Origin: Leptospirales bacterium
Lineage (GTDB): Bacteria; Spirochaetota; Leptospiria; Turneriellales; JAOUFE01
Assembly (NCBI GenBank): GCA_040326155.1
Contig: JBEQLE010000106.1
Location: forward strand, 1-10,153
Direction of reading: 5' to 3'
DNA: 10,153 bases
Shown: positions 6,087 to 10,153 of the stretch, piece by piece
How positions within the stretch are numbered: the stretch's first letter is position 1
Layout: each line of letters opens with the position of its first letter
The notes under the pieces: generated by a model
Seen by the model: only the letters and a program-made list of their open reading frames with translations
Databases searched by the model: none
Told to the model about the DNA's origin: nothing
Translations under genes and position numbers: made by a program

Positions 6087-6638
6087 CTATTCTTTCAAGT
6101 AAATATTTAAACCATGCTCAGCATGACATCTGAACTTTTTATTAATTATTTTATTATCAATTGCAACACTACTGATAATAAACTCAGTACAGCCTACAAT
6201 GTTTTCTATTTCTTTATAAAAACTTTTTAAATTTTTTACGTCACTAAATAAATCAATTTCACTGCCAGTAAGCATTAATTGTATTCCATTATCTTGCATT
6301 GCGGTAAATAGATTTTTCAACTGTTTTTCTATACTAACTTGAGTTATATAAATGTGCCTAGGTAAACTAACAGTAACAATATAATAAAACTTTCCTTTAT
6401 GGCAAGAAAGACTACAATCATTAGCCATATAAGAAAATAAAATCTCTTGTCCATTGATTTTACTAAAATCAATATGGTTTAGTTGCACAACTTTACTCTG
6501 CTCAAATTTAGTATCAATTAATATACTCTCCCATATATCACTTAAACAAACAATATGATTTCTAATTAATTTTGCTAATCCTGAATAATTATCTGGTTTT
6601 CTATTTAAAACCATTACTGTGTTTATTTTCTCTGCCAT
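6087..6638 (-). CDS. Putative immunity protein for the RHS toxin
   Basis: 183 aa, very AT-rich, starts 5 nt after the toxin stop. This is the canonical immunity-gene position; no family recognised. Confidence 0.7.
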   Translation of the reverse strand: MAEKINTVMVLNRKPDNYSGLAKLIRNHIVCLSDIWESILIDTKFEQSKVVQLNHIDFSKINGQEILFSYMANDCSLSCHKGKFYYIVTVSLPRHIYITQVSIEKQLKNLFTAMQDNGIQLMLTGSEIDLFSDVKNLKSFYKEIENIVGCTEFIISSVAIDNKIINKKFRCHAEHGLNIYLKE

Positions 6639-6643
6639 ACGTA

Positions 6644-9600
6644 TTATTCTTTAGGGATATCCTTTATTTTATATAAACTTCTAAATTTTCCTTCAGCATC
6701 TAATCTTAGTAATGTGTCGCCAAGTCTGTAATGCGTTTCACCAGCGAATTCCTTTGCATCTTTCGCAAATCTAGTAATGATTGTTTTAGAATTTCGCATT
6801 ACATTTTTAGCAATCTGCATATATTTTTCAACTTCATGGGGTTTTAATCCAAATTCAGCCCAATGGCGACCAAGTTTAGTACCGACCTGCTTAGTTACAT
6901 TTGCAAATTTAAAAATATTATTGGCCTTAAACATTCCAGTTAAGCTTTGAACCCAACGTGGCATACCCGAAAAAATTCCACGCAAACTGCCTGTATTTTT
7001 TAGATTTTTGGCAACGACAACAACAGAGACTGCTACTACTGCAACGGTAGTTACACCTACCAAAATCTTTTGTGTTGTTGTAAGCTTTGTTGTTTCTTCC
7101 GGGCGGGGTTCATTAGCCCAAGACGGCCTTGCTTGCCTTCCATCTGGATCAATTAATTTTACTGGATTTACCCCAGCATAATGATACAGGTTTGCATTGA
7201 CGCTATTGAAAACCCCACCAGATCCTTTCAGACTTTTTGCATTAAAAGCTTTCTCAGGAAAATAAACCTGCTCTCCCTTCGGTAGATACTCCGATAGGGC
7301 AGGATCAGTTGACAACCAAACACCAACCTTCGGATCATAATACCTCGCGCCAAAGTAATAGTACCCGGTCTCCTCATCGAGTTCTTTTCCGGTAAATTTA
7401 TAACCCAGCACATCAAAGTTACTATTATCCTTCGCATCCTCAAACCAGATTTCACCAAACGGATAGTACAACGTGCGTTCATATTTCGCGCCATCTGCAT
7501 CCGTAATTAGACTTGTAGAACCGAGGTGGTCCGCATGGTAAAAATATATTACTTCGGCTTTCCCTTTGGTTGCACCAGAGCCACGCCCGCCGCCACCTTT
7601 GGTTGTGGTCTGGTTATTATTTTTGTTATTATTTCCATCACTCACTCGGCGATCTTCCACCGGTACGTCGTAATATCCATTAGCGACGGCTTTGCCTTGC
7701 GCTTTGGACGGACCTCTAACACCCTTATTATCTGTGTTTGCGTTGGTATTATATCGTCCATTGGCCGCATTCGTGTTGTTGCCGCCTTTGCCCTGGTTGC
7801 CTTTGGCTGTCCCTTGCGCTTCTTCGCAGTCTCGCTTTGCAAATCCTTTTAAATCTTGACATGGGTCTGTGGTGGATGTGGTATTTTTGCCTTTTCCTTT
7901 TCCCTTGTCAGCGTTTTTATCTTTGCCTTGACCTTTTCCCTTGCCTGCACTTTTTCCACGTTGTTTTCCTGTTGTTGTGGTTTGCGTGGTGTCGGCTTGG
8001 GTAGTTGTCTGGGAACTGTTTTGCGAGGTAGTTAAATCTTTACCTTTGCCGGTAATTGTTACGCCATCCATCCCAATATAATCATTTAAGGTTTGCGGCT
8101 GGTCGGCGACAGGTTCTGCTATAACTTTCATACGTTTTCCGACGGCTGTCACTCTGGTTGCTATTCTTATGCTTCCCGCATAGATATGGCTGGAACCAAC
8201 GTAGTCATCTGTTACGGTGTAGAACTGGTTTATGTATAAGGTCTCTCCGTTTGGTCCTTGTTTTCTGACTCTTTCGCCGCCTGCGTCATAGGTGAACTTT
8301 GTTATTCTGTTTTTCTGATCATTTACGGCTTGCAGTCTGTTTTCACTCGACCACGTCATGTCGCGCAGCTCTCCGGTTTGACCATTTTCTCTGTTTATCT
8401 GGTTTCCGTTTTCGTCGAATGTATAATACAAGGGCTCTTTTGCTTGTCGTGAATCAGTGTAAGTTATATCTACCTGGCTTATGGCATGTGGTTTTTCACC
8501 ATTGTAAGAGTATGCCATGTCGTAGTTTTGCATCGGGTCGTTCACGGCTTTTCCACTGGTCGAGGTTACGCTGAACCTTGCCATTTTGCGTGTCATGTTA
8601 TGAATTTTATCGTAGCCATATTCTCTGTTGTAAGTATACGATTTATATCCATTATTTACGTGGTATTTAAAGCTTCCGGTCGCTTTGGTTAGTCGATAAA
8701 GGTCGTCATACTCAAAGTCTTGTACTAAAGAGTCTTTTATATTATCTTTTATCGATAAGATGTTTCCTACTTTGTCGTATGTATAATTGATATCTTGTAT
8801 TTTCTCGCTGCCCGAAATGGTTTTTAAATTTGAGAGTCTTCTATTTAATGGATTGTACGCATAGGTTGTTTTTGCACCGTTTCCGAGTTCTAAATAATTG
8901 CGTTGCCCGTATTCATCGTAGCCGAGTTGTTCTAAATAGACTACGTTTTTATTGTCGCGCACAGATTCTACGTGTTGCAGTAATCCACCTTCGTCGTAAG
9001 TATAATCGAGTACCTCTCCGTCGGGGTATGTTATCTGTTTCATTCTTGCGAAGCTGTCGAATCTCATATGCGTTGAAAATCGCCCGGTCGTTCCGTCAAA
9101 AAGCGGTAGAATTTTATCGGTTCTTGTTGTCTCACCAAGTTTTCCGTAAAATAACTCTGTGGCTCCCGATTCGTCAACTATTTTTGTTATTCTACCAGCC
9201 CGATTGTCTTTTGTATCGTTCGGCGTTCCGTAGAAATATTCTACGTCGACTTCTCCTGCCGGGTAGTCGATTTTATTTAGTCTACTGTACTCATATACAT
9301 ATTGTATAGACTTCTTTTGCACCTTTAATTTTGCATCGACTTTTTCGATCAGATTACCCACAAGATCATATGTGAACTCTGTTCTACCCGCGTCGGGGTT
9401 GTCAATTGCCGTTCTTCTTCCCAGGGTGTCGTAATCGACTGTGGTTTTGTTTCCTTTTGCGTCTGTTACGGTGAGTATTTCCCCAATGGCGTTGTAGTCA
9501 TAATGTGTTTCTATTGCATTTGCGCCGTTGTATTCTCGTATCTTTTGTATTTTTCCATATATATCTGAATAGCTCTCTTTTTTATTCCCGTTTTGGTCGA

Positions 9601-10153
9601 CGACGATTGTTTTCATGGAACCGTTTTGTATGGAATATCCTGTTTGTGTTATGGACCCGTCCGGTGTTTGCACTTTGATCGTTCTTCCCATGTCGTCATA
9701 GGTCATTATCGCTGGATTTTTCATCGGGATTGTTGCCAGATAATTTACGGCTACGCCTGGTTCAAAGACAGGCTGACCTTGTCGGGTAACTCTTCCCATT
9801 TCGTCGAACTCTACTCTTCCCGTTGTCGTATAACCTAATACGGCTTGTCCGTTTTGATTTACTTCTGACTCTTTTTTTGTCTGGATGACTCTTCTTAATG
9901 AGTCTATAAATATTACTGTGTCTAAGGTCCTGGTTGTTTCGTAGTCTTCTCTATTTTTGGTTACGGCCCTTGCTGGTTTTTCTTCGGGGTAGTATTCCAT
10001 CGAGAGCGTTCCCAGGTTATCTGTTGCGGGGTCTAAATACGGGCCCCAGACTTTTTTCGTTCTTCCGAAGCTGTCGTATTTATAGTTTATAAAATTTCCG
10101 TTTAAATCTGTAACCCTGATCACTGTGCCTAGTTTATAGTCATACTCTGAAAG
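6644..10153 (-). CDS. RHS/YD-repeat polymorphic toxin, 5'-truncated by the window edge
   Basis: Many YDxxGR repeats. Core motifs YFYHADHLGS, YYPFGE, FTGKELDEETGYYYFGARYYDP and NPVKLIDPDGR. The frame stays open from 10123 to the window end (LSEYDYKLGT). Confidence 0.95.
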   Translation of the reverse strand, partial: LSEYDYKLGTVIRVTDLNGNFINYKYDSFGRTKKVWGPYLDPATDNLGTLSMEYYPEEKPARAVTKNREDYETTRTLDTVIFIDSLRRVIQTKKESEVNQNGQAVLGYTTTGRVEFDEMGRVTRQGQPVFEPGVAVNYLATIPMKNPAIMTYDDMGRTIKVQTPDGSITQTGYSIQNGSMKTIVVDQNGNKKESYSDIYGKIQKIREYNGANAIETHYDYNAIGEILTVTDAKGNKTTVDYDTLGRRTAIDNPDAGRTEFTYDLVGNLIEKVDAKLKVQKKSIQYVYEYSRLNKIDYPAGEVDVEYFYGTPNDTKDNRAGRITKIVDESGATELFYGKLGETTRTDKILPLFDGTTGRFSTHMRFDSFARMKQITYPDGEVLDYTYDEGGLLQHVESVRDNKNVVYLEQLGYDEYGQRNYLELGNGAKTTYAYNPLNRRLSNLKTISGSEKIQDINYTYDKVGNILSIKDNIKDSLVQDFEYDDLYRLTKATGSFKYHVNNGYKSYTYNREYGYDKIHNMTRKMARFSVTSTSGKAVNDPMQNYDMAYSYNGEKPHAISQVDITYTDSRQAKEPLYYTFDENGNQINRENGQTGELRDMTWSSENRLQAVNDQKNRITKFTYDAGGERVRKQGPNGETLYINQFYTVTDDYVGSSHIYAGSIRIATRVTAVGKRMKVIAEPVADQPQTLNDYIGMDGVTITGKGKDLTTSQNSSQTTTQADTTQTTTTGKQRGKSAGKGKGQGKDKNADKGKGKGKNTTSTTDPCQDLKGFAKRDCEEAQGTAKGNQGKGGNNTNAANGRYNTNANTDNKGVRGPSKAQGKAVANGYYDVPVEDRRVSDGNNNKNNNQTTTKGGGGRGSGATKGKAEVIYFYHADHLGSTSLITDADGAKYERTLYYPFGEIWFEDAKDNSNFDVLGYKFTGKELDEETGYYYFGARYYDPKVGVWLSTDPALSEYLPKGEQVYFPEKAFNAKSLKGSGGVFNSVNANLYHYAGVNPVKLIDPDGRQARPSWANEPRPEETTKLTTTQKILVGVTTVAVVAVSVVVVAKNLKNTGSLRGIFSGMPRWVQSLTGMFKANNIFKFANVTKQVGTKLGRHWAEFGLKPHEVEKYMQIAKNVMRNSKTIITRFAKDAKEFAGETHYRLGDTLLRLDAEGKFRSLYKIKDIPKE
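6647..7135 (-). other. C-terminal toxin region (163 aa) after DPDGR: hydrophobic helix plus colicin D/BECR-like RNase candidate
   Basis: ILVGVTTVAVVAVSVVVVA, then KLGRHWAEFG ... YMQIAKNV ... LLRLDAEGKFRSLY. Confidence 0.55.
7556..8149 (-). repeat. 198-aa low-complexity G/K/N/T/Q insert inside the RHS protein
   Basis: GKGKG, TTQ and NNN runs between IYAGSIRIATRV and EVIYFYHADHLGS. Confidence 0.8.

Noticed and set aside
7228..9838. ORFs overlapping the RHS gene (7228-7500, 7526-7852, 7642-7842, 7738-8004, 8258-8692, 8830-9309, 9593-9838)
   Set aside because: Antisense or off-frame shadows of the RHS gene.
10121..10123. GTG as the RHS start codon
   Set aside because: The frame is open to the window edge with YD-repeat sequence, so the gene starts outside the window.

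Overview
AT-rich accessory window with two halves. Left (about 256-5600, + strand): an integron-like cassette array. The evidence is 8-10 bp inverse-complementary core sites bracketing each gene unit, plus long, branched, covarying attC-like hairpins. The cassettes carry (1) an orphan ParA-family ATPase, (2) a two-gene unit of a ComEC/Rec2-type metallo-beta-lactamase-fold hydrolase and a ~4-TM membrane protein, (3) an HNH nuclease with a C-terminal membrane anchor, and possibly (4) a membrane protein after a degenerate attC. No integrase is visible, but a minus-strand SD at the left edge suggests a divergent gene just outside the window. Right (6087-10153, - strand): a 5'-truncated RHS/YD-repeat polymorphic toxin with a 198-aa low-complexity insert and a colicin D/BECR-like C-terminal tip, followed by a probable immunity gene and a terminator. 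The best candidates for an undescribed system are the self-promoted, defence-like cassettes (especially the MBL hydrolase + TM pair) and the oversized attC family. All product calls come from motifs read by eye; no searches were run.
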